From positions 62,001 through 126,000 of the forward strand of contig CDROCS010002814.1 in NCBI GenBank assembly GCA_977020255.1: a DNA stretch of 64,000 nt, written 5' to 3'. The stretch is from Obrimoposthia wandeli. Lineage: Eukaryota. The notes beneath the pieces were generated by a model. It did not search any database, was not told the DNA's origin, and was given only the letters and a program-made list of their open reading frames with translations. How positions within the stretch are numbered: the stretch's first letter is position 1; every line of letters begins with the position of its first letter. The translations under genes were made by a program, and so were the position numbers. Of the stretch, positions 9,110 to 20,289 are shown piece by piece.

Positions 9110-9991
9110 ATGAAAATCAACCTTCAACAAATAAGTGCTTTTGTAGCGACTGCTGAATGCGGTTCATTTTCAGCTGCAGCGAGGCATTTAAACAGAGCGC
9201 AATCGGCTATCAGTAACGGTGTTGCCAATTTAGAAATCGATTTTAACTTAGTGCTCTTTGATCGCTCAAAGCGAGAGCCTCGTCTCACTATAGCTGGGCA
9301 ATCGCTTTTACCCAGAGCTAAACAATTTCTAGAGCAGGGTAGAATTTTGCAAGGTCATGCTGAGGCATTGGCGCAAAATGAGGAAGGTAAATTAGTACTA
9401 GCGATTGAAGAGTCGCTAATGGGCAGCGATATGTATCAATTACTAGCACGTTTTGAGCAGCAGTTTCCTTATTTGGAATTAGAGCTAATCTTCCCCGTAA
9501 GACATGATGTACTTGATTTAGTGGTCAAGGACAGGGCAGATATAGGCCTGATGTTAGCTATTTTTAGTAGCCCGCAAGATTATAAAGTGACAGCGATGGG
9601 AGAAATAAAACAAAGTGCAGTGGTGTCGCCAGAACACCCATTGGCTTGTGGCGAATGTACTTTTGATGATTTGCGCTATCATCGTCAGTTATTGTTAGAT
9701 TCACGAGGGGACAAATCTAACGAAGCTGAACAAATGAGTTCACAAATTTGGCGTGTTGAAAGTGCTTTTTCAATACTATCCTTAGCTAAACAAGGCCTTG
9801 GTTGGGCGTGGGCGCCTAAATATATGGTGGCAGAAGATGTGGCTAATAAGAAGTTAGTAGAGCTCACTTTTAATGGTGAGCAACAACATCATCACTTACC
9901 TGTTGATATGATTACCGGCAATCACTATATTGAAGGAAACGCTGGGCGCTGGTTGTATAAACATTGGCTAAAGTTACCCTTTTTACATTAG
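9110..9991 (+). CDS. LysR-family regulator divergent from the PACE gene (AceR-like arrangement)
   Basis: FVATAECGSFSAAARHLNRAQSAIS...LE HTH signature; 293 aa. Confidence 0.93.
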   Translation: MKINLQQISAFVATAECGSFSAAARHLNRAQSAISNGVANLEIDFNLVLFDRSKREPRLTIAGQSLLPRAKQFLEQGRILQGHAEALAQNEEGKLVLAIEESLMGSDMYQLLARFEQQFPYLELELIFPVRHDVLDLVVKDRADIGLMLAIFSSPQDYKVTAMGEIKQSAVVSPEHPLACGECTFDDLRYHRQLLLDSRGDKSNEAEQMSSQIWRVESAFSILSLAKQGLGWAWAPKYMVAEDVANKKLVELTFNGEQQHHHLPVDMITGNHYIEGNAGRWLYKHWLKLPFLH

Positions 9992-10000
9992 AGATAGGCG

Positions 10001-10043
10001 AACAACTCTTTACAAAAAACGTCTATATAAATAAAGAGTTGTT
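10001..10043. terminator. Stem-loop between convergent genes, probable bidirectional terminator
   Basis: AACAACTCTTTA / TAAAGAGTTGTT 12-bp stem with a 19-nt loop. Confidence 0.5.
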
Positions 10044-10053
10044 GGGTGCAATA

Positions 10054-10908
10054 CTAGCTATTTAATGCTTTAGCGTGATGCGCTAAGTGCTCGCCTATGA
10101 AGCTGGCGATAAAGTGATAACTATGATCGTAGTCAGGTTGCATTCTTAAATCGAGGGAAAATCCATGCTCATCACACGCTTGTTGTAAATCTTGTGGAAA
10201 TAGTTGGCCTTCTAAAAATTGATCGCCTAATCCTTGATCAATTAAAATGGCGATTTTTTGCGCACCATTTTTAATCAGTTCAGTAGCATCCCAATTTTTC
10301 CATTGCTGCGTATCACCCCCTAAATAAGCGCCGAAACATCCTTCACCCCAAGGGCAAGCAACAGGATGGCAAATAGGTGAAAAAGCGGAAACAGATTGAT
10401 AGGCACCAGGATTCTTCAATGCACTAATTAAAGCACCGTGACCCCCCATCGAATGACCGGTAATAGACTTGCGCCCTGCGATAACAGGAAAATTTGCTTC
10501 AATGATGGCAGGCAATTCAGTATTAACATAATCAAACATCTGATAATGCTCACTCCAGGGTGCTTGTGTTGCATTAACGTAAAAACCAGCACCTTTACCT
10601 AAATCATAGCGCGCTGCATCATCAGCGACGTTATCGCCTCTTGGGCTAGTGTCAGGCATAACTAAAGCTAGACCTAGCTCGGCTGCATAGCGCTGTGCTC
10701 CAGCTTTAGTGCGCATATTATCATCTGTGCAAGTCAAACCCGACAACCAGTACACAACTGGCACATCGCGAAGGGCAGCTTGAGGGGGTAAATAAATTGA
10801 AAAAGTCATATCACAATCACAGCTGCTTGATGAATGCTGATAACGCTTTAGCCAACCACCGAACTCTTTAACACTTTCTAACTGGGTAATTTCTGCTTTT
10901 GAAGTCAT
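10054..10908 (-). CDS. fghA: S-formylglutathione hydrolase
   Basis: WLSGLTCTDDN, PDTSPRG, GHSMGGHGA nucleophile elbow, DQGLGDQFL and YDHSYHFIASFI. Confidence 0.95.
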   Translation of the reverse strand: MTSKAEITQLESVKEFGGWLKRYQHSSSSCDCDMTFSIYLPPQAALRDVPVVYWLSGLTCTDDNMRTKAGAQRYAAELGLALVMPDTSPRGDNVADDAARYDLGKGAGFYVNATQAPWSEHYQMFDYVNTELPAIIEANFPVIAGRKSITGHSMGGHGALISALKNPGAYQSVSAFSPICHPVACPWGEGCFGAYLGGDTQQWKNWDATELIKNGAQKIAILIDQGLGDQFLEGQLFPQDLQQACDEHGFSLDLRMQPDYDHSYHFIASFIGEHLAHHAKALNS

Positions 10909-11730
10909 TTTTGTCTCAATATCATTGGTTTGTAACTTAATTACTAATACGAATAAATTTTGCTGATGGTCGATTTAAATCATCATGGAACATACTCTAA
11001 TACCATAAACTAGCTTATTTAATGCTCAATAAAGTTTGCTTTCAAGTGTTTTTAAAAGCACTTGTTTATCTATAATATAAATATTTGAAAAGAGCTCTAT
11101 ATTTTGCTGAAGAGTAGGTGTTAATTTCTCAATACTCAAGTGCTTAGTGTTTTCATAGGCATGTTTTCATCCCTTCACTGGTGCGGTACTTGGCTAATAA
11201 CTTTGTCGGAGTAGAAGCGTGAGATTTAACATCAACAGTGGCTAATTAATCCAGGGTACCTCCAATACCCTTTACACTTAATGTTCAAATATAAAAAAAT
11301 CTAGTTGGCCAAAATTTTAGTCATCTAGGGTGATTGGCAAGCTTCACCATTATATATTTCTTTATAATATAAGGCTGATAAGAGCAGCCTTTAGTTTTAA
11401 TCGGCTGGCTTTTAAACGACTAATAAAATAGAACGAATGTTCATTAGAGTCAATAGTCTTTATAATGAATGATCATTTTAGGCTTTGCGCAAGAAGCTTC
11501 TAAACTAAACGCAGTAAAGTATTAGTGCTAATAACAATAGCTTAAGCACTAATGAAATACCCCGTTAAGCCGACACGAATCAAAATGGTGAAACAATAGC
11601 ATCGCCTTTCATGGTTGAAAAAAGCAAAGGGTGTATTGGCAGTTTAATTGTTATTGTAGATATGTTTATTAAAAACAAATTTGATATAATATTTTGTCAT
11701 AAAAGCCACACTCAAAAGTTGAGAACACCA

Positions 11731-12339
11731 ATGCCATATTTAACAAAGCCTGTGCCTAATCCTGAACCGGTAGATTGTCGTATTTTGACAGCGGCGCTGG
11801 ATTTATTTGTAGCACGTGGGTTTCACAGTGTTTCAGTACACGATGTGCAAAAAATGGCGAGCGTTAGTATTGGTTCAATTTATAATCATTTTGGTGGCAA
11901 AGAGGGCATCGCTAAAGCGCTTTACGATCACTTGTTAATTGAAATTGAATTGATGATTGAGCAAGTGTGTTTAGAGCACGCCAATAGTAAGCGACGTTGC
12001 GATAGAATTATCGAATTACTGTTTCAATATACCGAAACAAAACGCAGCATCATTAGCTATGTTTTTCATTTAAGACACAGTGAAATATTACCGCAGGAGC
12101 CTTCTATTTATCACTCAAAGGCCTTTACCATGCTTCAGGAGCTCGTCGACCAAGTTATTATCGATGAGCCTGTTATCACCAGTAACCGGCTGGTGGTTAA
12201 TGCGAGTATATTTGGTGCTGCGATACGCATGATTCAAATGCGTTTAGAAGGTGTAATTGATGTGCCACTTAACCAATATTACGATGAAGCGATAGTATTA
12301 ATTTGGAATGGGCTTGCTCATAAAACAGGTAAACATTAA
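11731..12339 (+). CDS. TetR/AcrR-family regulator
   Basis: ILTAALDLFVARGFHSVSVHDV...SIGSIYNHFGGKE HTH. ORF track starts at 11611; ATG 11731 is the more likely start. Confidence 0.9.
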   Translation: MPYLTKPVPNPEPVDCRILTAALDLFVARGFHSVSVHDVQKMASVSIGSIYNHFGGKEGIAKALYDHLLIEIELMIEQVCLEHANSKRRCDRIIELLFQYTETKRSIISYVFHLRHSEILPQEPSIYHSKAFTMLQELVDQVIIDEPVITSNRLVVNASIFGAAIRMIQMRLEGVIDVPLNQYYDEAIVLIWNGLAHKTGKH

Positions 12340-12404
12340 TATCAATAATAACTACCATAAGCGATAGCTTGCTCAAAAATAACGTTTAAACCTTAAATAT
12401 AGTT

Positions 12405-13682
12405 ATGGAATACTTTGAAATGAACTCTTCAGATAAGCATGATAAACCCGCAGATAATTCAAATTTCACCTCTGATATTGTTCATTTTGATAGAATGATG
12501 CCCCATGCAAATGGCGGAATACATTTTCCAGTGCATCCGTCCACGCAATACACCTATGATAGTGTTGATGATTTGATCGGTGTGTTTCAAGGAAAGCTAA
12601 AAGGTAACTCCCCGTATTCTAGGCAAGGCACGCCAACTACAGCAGCGTTTGAAGCAAAGTTAGCTAAAATTGAAGGAGGAGATGGTGCGATTGCTTTCGC
12701 CACTGGCATGGGGGCAATTTCTGCCGCATTTTTAACCTTATTAAAAGCGGGAGATCACATCATTGTCTCAAAGTTTTTATTCGGTAATACCGCAAGTTTT
12801 TTCAACACTCTAGAAAATTTTGGTATTCAAATTACGCGAGTAAACCCTGAAAAGGCGCAAAACGTCGCCGCTGAAATCACTGAAAATACCCGTATAGTGT
12901 TTGTTGAAACGGTGGCGAATCCTGGCACACAGATCCCAGATTTAGCGGCGATTGGTGAGCTTTGCGAGCAGCATAAACTTATTTATTTTGTTGATAATAC
13001 AATTTTATCTCCTTATCTATTCAAGCCAAAAAACGTAAAGGCATCTTTAGTTATCCATTCGTTAACTAAGTCAGCAGCCGGGCAAGGGCAGATTTTAGGC
13101 GGCGTTATCATCAATACCGGCTTATTTGATTGGTCTGATTACCCTAATATTTTTGAAAATTATCGTAATGGCGATGCTAACAAATGGGGGCTGTTTCAAA
13201 TCAGAAAAAAAGGTTTAAGAGATATGGGTGCCACACTAACGTCTCAATCTGCGCATTTGATAAGCCTTGGTTTAGAAACCCTCGCGATTCGTATGGATAG
13301 AAGCAGTGATACTGCTTTGAAAATAGCCAAGTTTCTACAAGACAATGACAAAATTGCTAAAGTACATTATCCAATGTTAAAAGAGCACCCAGCACACGCT
13401 CAAGCTCAGCAGCAATTCAAGGCAGGCTCTTGGTTGCTATCGTTCGAGCTAAAAGATGCACAGCAATGTTTACCTTTTATAGATAAGTTAAATGTTTTTG
13501 TAAAAGCGACGGGTTTAGGTGATTCTAGAAGTTTGATAATACCAGTGGCTCACACTATATTTTGGGAGATGGGTGCCAAAAAAAGAGCAGCTATGGATAT
13601 AGGCGATGGTTTAATTCGCCTTTCAATCGGTCTTGAAGAAAGTGATTGCCTAATAGCAGATTTAACCCAAGCGCTTGGATGA
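12405..13682 (+). CDS. PLP-dependent Cys/Met metabolism enzyme (cystathionine gamma-synthase / sulfhydrylase family)
   Basis: YSRQGTPT, ATGMGAI, VDNT, HSLTKS (PLP lysine) and LIRLSIGLE. Confidence 0.9.
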   Translation: MEYFEMNSSDKHDKPADNSNFTSDIVHFDRMMPHANGGIHFPVHPSTQYTYDSVDDLIGVFQGKLKGNSPYSRQGTPTTAAFEAKLAKIEGGDGAIAFATGMGAISAAFLTLLKAGDHIIVSKFLFGNTASFFNTLENFGIQITRVNPEKAQNVAAEITENTRIVFVETVANPGTQIPDLAAIGELCEQHKLIYFVDNTILSPYLFKPKNVKASLVIHSLTKSAAGQGQILGGVIINTGLFDWSDYPNIFENYRNGDANKWGLFQIRKKGLRDMGATLTSQSAHLISLGLETLAIRMDRSSDTALKIAKFLQDNDKIAKVHYPMLKEHPAHAQAQQQFKAGSWLLSFELKDAQQCLPFIDKLNVFVKATGLGDSRSLIIPVAHTIFWEMGAKKRAAMDIGDGLIRLSIGLEESDCLIADLTQALG

Positions 13683-13727
13683 GAAAGTGCTGGTGGAAGC
13701 CAATTAAAATAATAATAAGGATTCAAA

Positions 13728-14027
13728 GTGCGCTTACTCTATACCCATTCCAATGCTTTAATTGTGCTCAATGCAAAAAATATCATTGAGCTAACTAGTA
13801 TCAAAGTACAGCTCAGAAATGAGTTCTCTTTAGCGGCGGCAGGTGAGTTACCTCCCGTGGATAACTGGCTAGAGCTTTGGGTAGTTGAGGATATGCATTA
13901 CCAAAGAGCGCTTGATTTATTGGCATCCTTTCATGAAGAAAAGAAAGATGATTGGCAGTGTCTGCAATGTTTAGAGATGAATGGAGACGCTTTTGAATAC
14001 TGCTGGAATTGTCAGGCAGTCAGTTAG
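13728..14027 (+). CDS. DUF2007-like protein with C-terminal CxxC..CxxC zinc finger
   Basis: LRNEFS..AAGELPP..WLELWV and WQCLQC...FEYCWNCQ. Confidence 0.75.
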   Translation: MRLLYTHSNALIVLNAKNIIELTSIKVQLRNEFSLAAAGELPPVDNWLELWVVEDMHYQRALDLLASFHEEKKDDWQCLQCLEMNGDAFEYCWNCQAVS

Positions 14028-14400
14028 AGCGTAAGCGGTTAAGCAAGTACGCCTTTATAGTTCCAAGGCATTAAAGCACCATTAGAGGAATATCAACATG
14101 TCAAACGATGAGTGTTGAAAGGCGAGCTGCATATAAAAGAGGCTTTACAGATTACCTAAGTTCCTATTTAACACATCTTTTTTGTAGGCTGCAGGGTACC
14201 TATTTTACTTTTAACTGCTATCTTAAATACGCAAAAGTGTTATGCACAGAGTATAGGCTGTAAATAAGAATATTTTTATGATCAGCATTTATAAATATTG
14301 ATTCTTAAATCAGAAATGACCGTTTGTGGTCTATCAATGCTATTAATTTGGAAGCTCTTGATGCCGCGTATAAGCGAGAGGGCTTAGGGAGGTCATAACT

Positions 14401-15523
14401 CTAACTAGAGCCTCTTGATTTCAGGTTCCAATAGGCTTTAGTATGGTTGTTTTGCGGTAACTTGTCGCTGGTTGCGCAAATAATGCCTTATTGTTTTGGC
14501 TGATTCAGCTTCAAGAGCTGCCCAAGCGACATCTATCTTCTTAATTCGCTTAAGTATTGATAGAACTTCATCTGCTTGATTACTTGCAGGGCAGTTGATT
14601 CGGTGTATTTGGCTGCCTGAAGGCAGTAGATTGTCGTCTACGTAGTGTTGTTCATCGGCTATAGCGCTGATCACAATGACGTGAGGTGGCAACGGGTTTT
14701 GCCAATGCTCTAAAATACCGAGTAGTGCGGGATACGCGGTTTCATCGGCAATTAATAATGCATGGCCGTTTGCTAAGTGCGGGTGTTTATCTTTAGCTTC
14801 AGAGCGACTCATGATGATATCGCCCACAGATAAGCTTTTCGCCCATAGGCTTCCAGGCGTGTCATCATGAGTAAAAATATCTATATGTCCTCTATCACAA
14901 AAATCACTGTTAGTGCGGCTTTTCCAAGATTTACGCAAGCTGTAAAGCCGGATATCTTTATTGGCGTTATGTAATAGTTTCTGACGGTTCTTTCTCGATA
15001 AATGTTTCATTAACCAGATTAAAATACGGTCGAATACTTGCTTGCTCCAGTGTTTCTTAGTCGTATAACTAGTGTCGACGTTAGGAGCTTTTTTGATTGT
15101 TTTTAACAAAAATGCATAGGCGAAACCTGGGTAATATTCAGGTAGCGCTCTGGTGCTTTTAATGGTCAAACGAACCATATTAGCCGTCATTTTTTGTGCC
15201 CATAAAACTTCAAAAAAGCGTTTTCCGGCACCCCTAAATTCACGACCTTGTTTGATGATGGCGGCATGCCTTAAATAGAGGATTTAATCCTCTAAATCGC
15301 CTTCTATCTCAAAAGGAATAAATGTTTCTTCTGCAGTAGCGTCTCTGCTTTGGATGGCTGTTTTTACGCCTTCCTGATAAGTATCTAGGGTTTTAGCCGA
15401 TGATATCTTAGTGTGTTGATGAGTATGGGCTATGGCTATTAATTCTTCTGTGTGATCTTGATTAACATTATCAATAATGTCGATCTTTTGGTCATAGTTT
15501 TGAATGGGCGTAAGTGAGTTCAT
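14401..15523 (-). pseudogene. Siderophore-interacting protein (DUF2470-like N-terminal domain + SIP), disrupted
   Basis: ORFs 15284-15523 and 14438-15190 share a frame and are split by one TAA (15284-15286). LLIADETAYPA is a SIP motif. The terminal NHTKAYW motif is shifted out of frame at ~14448. Confidence 0.85.
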
Positions 15524-15605
15524 AGAACTTCTTAACTTGAGATTCTTTAATGGAGGGGATTAATAGAGAATAGAGATCCATTTTGAATCTCTATTAATTG
15601 AATGA

Positions 15606-17623
15606 TTACATCCGGTAGCTGGCACTTATGCCTATTGTGCGAGTTTGGCCCACAGTTGCAAGGGCGCCACTTCTGTAATATACAGAATCTTGATTAGTCA
15701 GGTTTTTAATATAGCCATTGAGGGTAAGATCTTTATTTTTATATTGAAGTCGCGTATTGGTAATTGCATGATTACCCACGTTACTATTGGTGTTTGCAAG
15801 ATCCGAATAGTATTTTCCAACATAAGTGACATCAGCTCCCAATGACCATTTAGCGCCAATATAGTGATTAAAGCCGATAGATAGATTGGTTTCTGGTGCG
15901 CTTGAAAGCTCTTTTCCTTTATACGCATCATCTTCATCTATATTGGTTTTTAATAGGCCCGCAGATCCCCATAATTTTATACTTTCAGCTGGCCAAATGG
16001 TCATCTCTAGCTCTACGCCATAGGTATGAGCGGCATCAACATTTAAAATAGACAACCCTGACAGAGCTTGGTAATTTTTATAATCGTTGTAGAAAATGTT
16101 TGCATTAACTGTGGTTTTGTTAGTAAAGCTGCTTTTGCTACTCATTTCATAAGAAGTAACTTCTTCACTGTCATAAGAATATACTTCGCCGCCGAAAGTG
16201 ATTCCAGAACCTGATGGGCTATAGCCTTGACGGACTGAAGCGCCTAGAGTAGTAGAGCCTGATAGAGCATGTGTGATTTCAAGCTTAGGTAAGAAATAGG
16301 TTTCATTGGCGTTCTGCGCAAGTTTATCACTTTTGAAAAATGAACCTATTTTATCGATATCTTCATTTTCTATGCGCATCCCAGCTGTTGCTTTTGTTTT
16401 ATCAGAAAAAGCATAAGTACCTTGGCCATAAGCAGCCGTTGTCTTTGTGGTGTAGTCAGTGTTAATAAGAATGTTTTGGTTGGCGTGAATAGTAGAGCGT
16501 TTATTCGCCAGAAATAACCCAAATACTCCCGTTACTTTTGCATTGCTGGGATTGAATACTAAGCGGTTTTCTAAAGATGTGCTTTTTTGCTCTATATCAT
16601 AAGTGTGTACCTTAGTTGTTTGATACCCATCTGCATAGATATCTGAATTGATATGGCTGAGGTGGAAATAATTGGTAAGGTCGTCGCCTAAATCGTAATC
16701 TAAATCAAGGGCTAATGCATTTTCTTTGGAGTCTTGTACTCGAGAAATAGCTGAGGAGATATCGAGCGTTTGAGTCGAAATACCTTCATCGGTATTGTTT
16801 GCAAAGCTGGCATGCTCACCCTCATTTTTATGGTAGTTAAAAGTAAGCTTTGCACTTAACTGTGGTGTGTTGGCAGGTTCCCAAAGTAGTTTGCCTCGAA
16901 GGTTAAGGCTTTGGGCATTACTTAGATTTGGCACAGTGTAATCAGCTGTTTTATAATTGAGCCAACCTTTGCCGTTACTTGACTCGAGTGCAATACGATA
17001 AGCTAATTCATCTTCTACTATGGGGCCAGATAGCATAGCGGCTAGATTGTATCTTTGATTACCATTTTTAAAGTGATCAACCCCTGCACGCACAGCGGCC
17101 TCGTTTTCAAAAGCAGGGTCTTTGGTTTTGATAACAATGGCACCACCAATGGCACTTGCTCCTTGCGAGGTTGATAGAACCCCTCGAAGTACTTCTACCT
17201 GTTCCACATCCCATAAGGTGCTGGGAGTAAAATTATGTAGACCAATCCTGTGTAGTGCCATCACAATTGTGGCAATACGTGCGTGAACAGTGATTAAGCT
17301 GCACCACCAGTTGCAGCGCCTCCACCAGACATACCGCGTATTGATATATTACCGAAGGAGTCGGTTATTACGTTGAGACTGTTGGCAATTTCCTTAGCTT
17401 GTTGTATTTCGCCCGAGGCAAGTTTATCTGCGGCTATAACGGTGATAGCGGTCGTGGTGTCTTTGATATCTCTATCGATTTTCTCACCTGTCACTATTAT
17501 TGAATTCAATACGATAGCTTCTGCATTAGCAGCTGAAGAAATGATCACACTGTTGATACCGATAACTGACAATGCAATCAAAGATAGTGATGTTGGCAGG
17601 GGCGAAGTACTTGTATAGCTCAT
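15606..17623 (-). pseudogene. TonB-dependent siderophore receptor, frameshifted in the plug domain
   Basis: Signal peptide, IIVTGEK TonB-box region and ISIRG in 17294-17623; DVEQVEVLRG..GGAI and barrel in 15606-17264. The connecting ARIATIV-DGTTQDWS peptide is spread across three frames. Confidence 0.88.
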
Positions 17624-17727
17624 AATCTGATGCTTCCTATGATTTACTTAAGGCTGTTAAAGTTACTGATCTAAGGTATTGGCGTAGAGGCGCTACCTTA
17701 AATTTATTTAAAGTTATTAGTATTAAA

Positions 17728-17746
17728 AATAGTAATAATTATTATT
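17728..17746. promoter_or_regulatory. Fur box upstream of the TonB-dependent receptor
   Basis: AATAGTAATAATTATTATT matches GATAATGATAATCATTATC at 14/19. Confidence 0.65.
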
Positions 17747-17878
17747 TCGATAAAAATTTGTGAAAAATTGTTATATTGCTAATTGCTACTCATTAGCGAG
17801 CAAAAAATTTAATCACTGGTTTTAAATTTGATTTAGAGGAACTAGCTTTTCATTAGGCAGCCGCTTTAGATATCTAGT

Positions 17879-19126
17879 TCAGGAAGCTGCTTCTATGTGG
17901 GTATTGAAACTTGGCTGCTTTATATTTGTTTTTTTTAGTACCCACCAAACCAGCAAAGCGATAACAAAGGTAAGTGCAGTGCCTATTATCACCACTGCGC
18001 TATAACCAATATGTTTCGCTACCGTCATACTAATGGCAGAATAGGCAAAACCTACAAAGGATGAAAAGCTAAATTGTAGGGCGAAGAAAATGGCTCTGCG
18101 TAGCGTTTGGGCTGCTTTATCCATGATCATTGTTGAAGATACGACTAAGAGCATTGGAAAGCTGACAAAATGTAAGCTAATGGCAGCGTATACTATGATT
18201 TTTCCTGTAAAACCTAAGGTCAATGGGATTATCAAAACTAATGCGAATGCCTGAATAGTTATAGTGAAAACTAGAGCATTGACTTTGCCTATTTTACTAA
18301 TTAAAGGAGTCGCAAGTAATGCTGAAAAAAGGCCAACGACTGATCCGAATATTTTCATAGCAAAGCCGATATCATCCAACTGCCAACCATTATCGACGAG
18401 TAGTGGGTTCAATAGCGCAAAGCCGCAGGTAGAACCGATTGGATACAGCGCCATGATGATGAACCACTGCTTGTGCAGCACTATGAATTTTTTAATATCG
18501 CGCAGTAAGTGTTCTGGCTGTTGCTGGTGGTCTGTATTCAGAGCTTTTTCGTCTGGCTCACTAAAGAGTATTATTTGTATTAATGAAATACAGGTTAATC
18601 CTGCTAATAACCAAAGTGATCCATGCCATTCAAGCCAAGGGTAAAACATCAGAACGAGGCCGCCGCCAATAATATTACCTAGCAAATTCCCTGAAAACTG
18701 AATGCTACTGGCTAATTTTCGTGTCGATGGTGCAAACAACTTGCAAGATAAGCCGTCTACAGAAACGTCTTGAATACTCATAAAAAATATGTAGAGAGTC
18801 AGTATTATGATCACCCACGAAAACTGGTGTTGAATATCCATAGCACCTGCACTAAATAATAAACATGCCATTCCTGTTTGCGAGAAGATTAACCAACTAC
18901 GATATGACCCCTGTAGAAATAAGCGATATTTGTCAATAAAAGGTGCATAAAACACCTTACCTATTAACGGCAAAGCGATTAAATTCAGCAGGGCTAACTT
19001 ATCCAAGGCTATGCCTTGTTGGCGTAGAATAGCTACCGCCGCAGACATAACAAAGGCTAAACCAATATACTGGGTAATATAAATACTCGTCAGCATGAGC
19101 CAAGGATATTTACTGTACTTCATCAT
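17879..19126 (-). CDS. MFS siderophore importer of the RhtX/FptX/YbtX (AmpG-like) family, apparently intact
   Basis: KVFYAPFIDKY, IQDVSVDG and GNIIGGG motifs; 12 TM; sits between AraC and TBDR genes. Confidence 0.85.
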   Translation of the reverse strand: MMKYSKYPWLMLTSIYITQYIGLAFVMSAAVAILRQQGIALDKLALLNLIALPLIGKVFYAPFIDKYRLFLQGSYRSWLIFSQTGMACLLFSAGAMDIQHQFSWVIIILTLYIFFMSIQDVSVDGLSCKLFAPSTRKLASSIQFSGNLLGNIIGGGLVLMFYPWLEWHGSLWLLAGLTCISLIQIILFSEPDEKALNTDHQQQPEHLLRDIKKFIVLHKQWFIIMALYPIGSTCGFALLNPLLVDNGWQLDDIGFAMKIFGSVVGLFSALLATPLISKIGKVNALVFTITIQAFALVLIIPLTLGFTGKIIVYAAISLHFVSFPMLLVVSSTMIMDKAAQTLRRAIFFALQFSFSSFVGFAYSAISMTVAKHIGYSAVVIIGTALTFVIALLVWWVLKKTNIKQPSFNTHIEAAS

Positions 19127-19235
19127 TTAATATCCTGAATAGTGCCTGATCGCAATCGTTGAGGTTGATTAATACGTTGTGTGAAGGCTTTTAGGCTAAA
19201 ATAACCATTAAGGATATCCATCTAAAAACCTAACT

Positions 19236-20032
19236 TTATTGAGTATATGTGTAAACAGCAGCGAGCCCTTTCGTATTAGGACATGTTACTTTCGAAAATG
19301 GAAAAACCAGAGCTACGCCGACAGTTTGATAATAAAGATGCTCTTTAATATCTTGCTTGATGTAAGTTCTATTACTACCAGCTAGACTGGCGACAACAGC
19401 TAACGGCCATTCTTGTGCTAAATTTGTTTGAATATGGCTCAGAACATTATTTAACTGCGTTATACGTAAGGTTGTCTGTATCGAGGTTTTTACGCGCCGT
19501 TTGTGTAGAAATAGCGCTAATACCTCTTGAGCTTTTGCTCTTATAAATAGCTCGCGTTCAAACCCATCAAAAGAGCAATCCCAAGCGGCTTCACAGCAAC
19601 GTAAAATATCGCTGGGAACAGGGCCTAATTCTGCAAATCTGATGTGGGGGATTACTTGGGGCACATTCTCACGCATTTCAGTTAAGATTGCGTTCTTATT
19701 GAGTTTGTTCAGTGGAAGCATCACAGAAAAAGTTGCCAAATACTGTCATGGGGAAAAAGTATCTGACTGGCGCTTTGCTTTTCAACTAAAGCGATCACGT
19801 ATTGATGGTTATAATCACGTTTTTGATCCATACCATCATTTAGCATTTTGCATTGGCATTTACCTAACATCGAGATATAAAGCCCTGGAGGATAGATATT
19901 CTCAACTACAGTGTCTTTGAGAAACCGATGATTAACTAACCGCACTGAACTTTGAGCATCTATATCTAGATTAAAATGCTCGAATGTAGTGATGTTCTCA
20001 ATAGAGTGATTAGACACGGTGGTTTCTCCCAT
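19236..20032 (-). pseudogene. PchR/YbtA-type AraC regulator, frameshifted and missing its second HTH
   Basis: ORFs 19721-20032 and 19236-19739 join through a 1-nt slip near 19735. ELFIRAKAQEVLAL...WPLAVVASLAGSNRTYIKQ is followed by non-AraC sequence. Confidence 0.78.
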
Positions 20033-20103
20033 AAATGTTAAGCCTTGTAGCAGTTATCCCCCAAAGAAGAGAGGTGTATGATGGTATCAAAAAAAACATT
20101 AAT

Positions 20104-20122
20104 AAGAATTGTTATCATTATC
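20104..20122 (-). promoter_or_regulatory. Fur box upstream of the AraC-MFS unit
   Basis: Minus strand GATAATGATAACAATTCTT matches the Fur consensus at 15/19. Confidence 0.7.
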
Positions 20123-20289
20123 ATTTGTCAGTTTGTGTTTACTAAGGCGCCATTTATACGAATTCGTCAAAAGTTTCAAGATATGCTTACAAGGCAATTA
20201 CTAAAAGCGTTTATTCAAGGAGGACTAAAATAGTTGGTATGCACCTTGTTAGTTAATTTAAGCAGCTCTTTAGAGGCTGCTATTTACGA

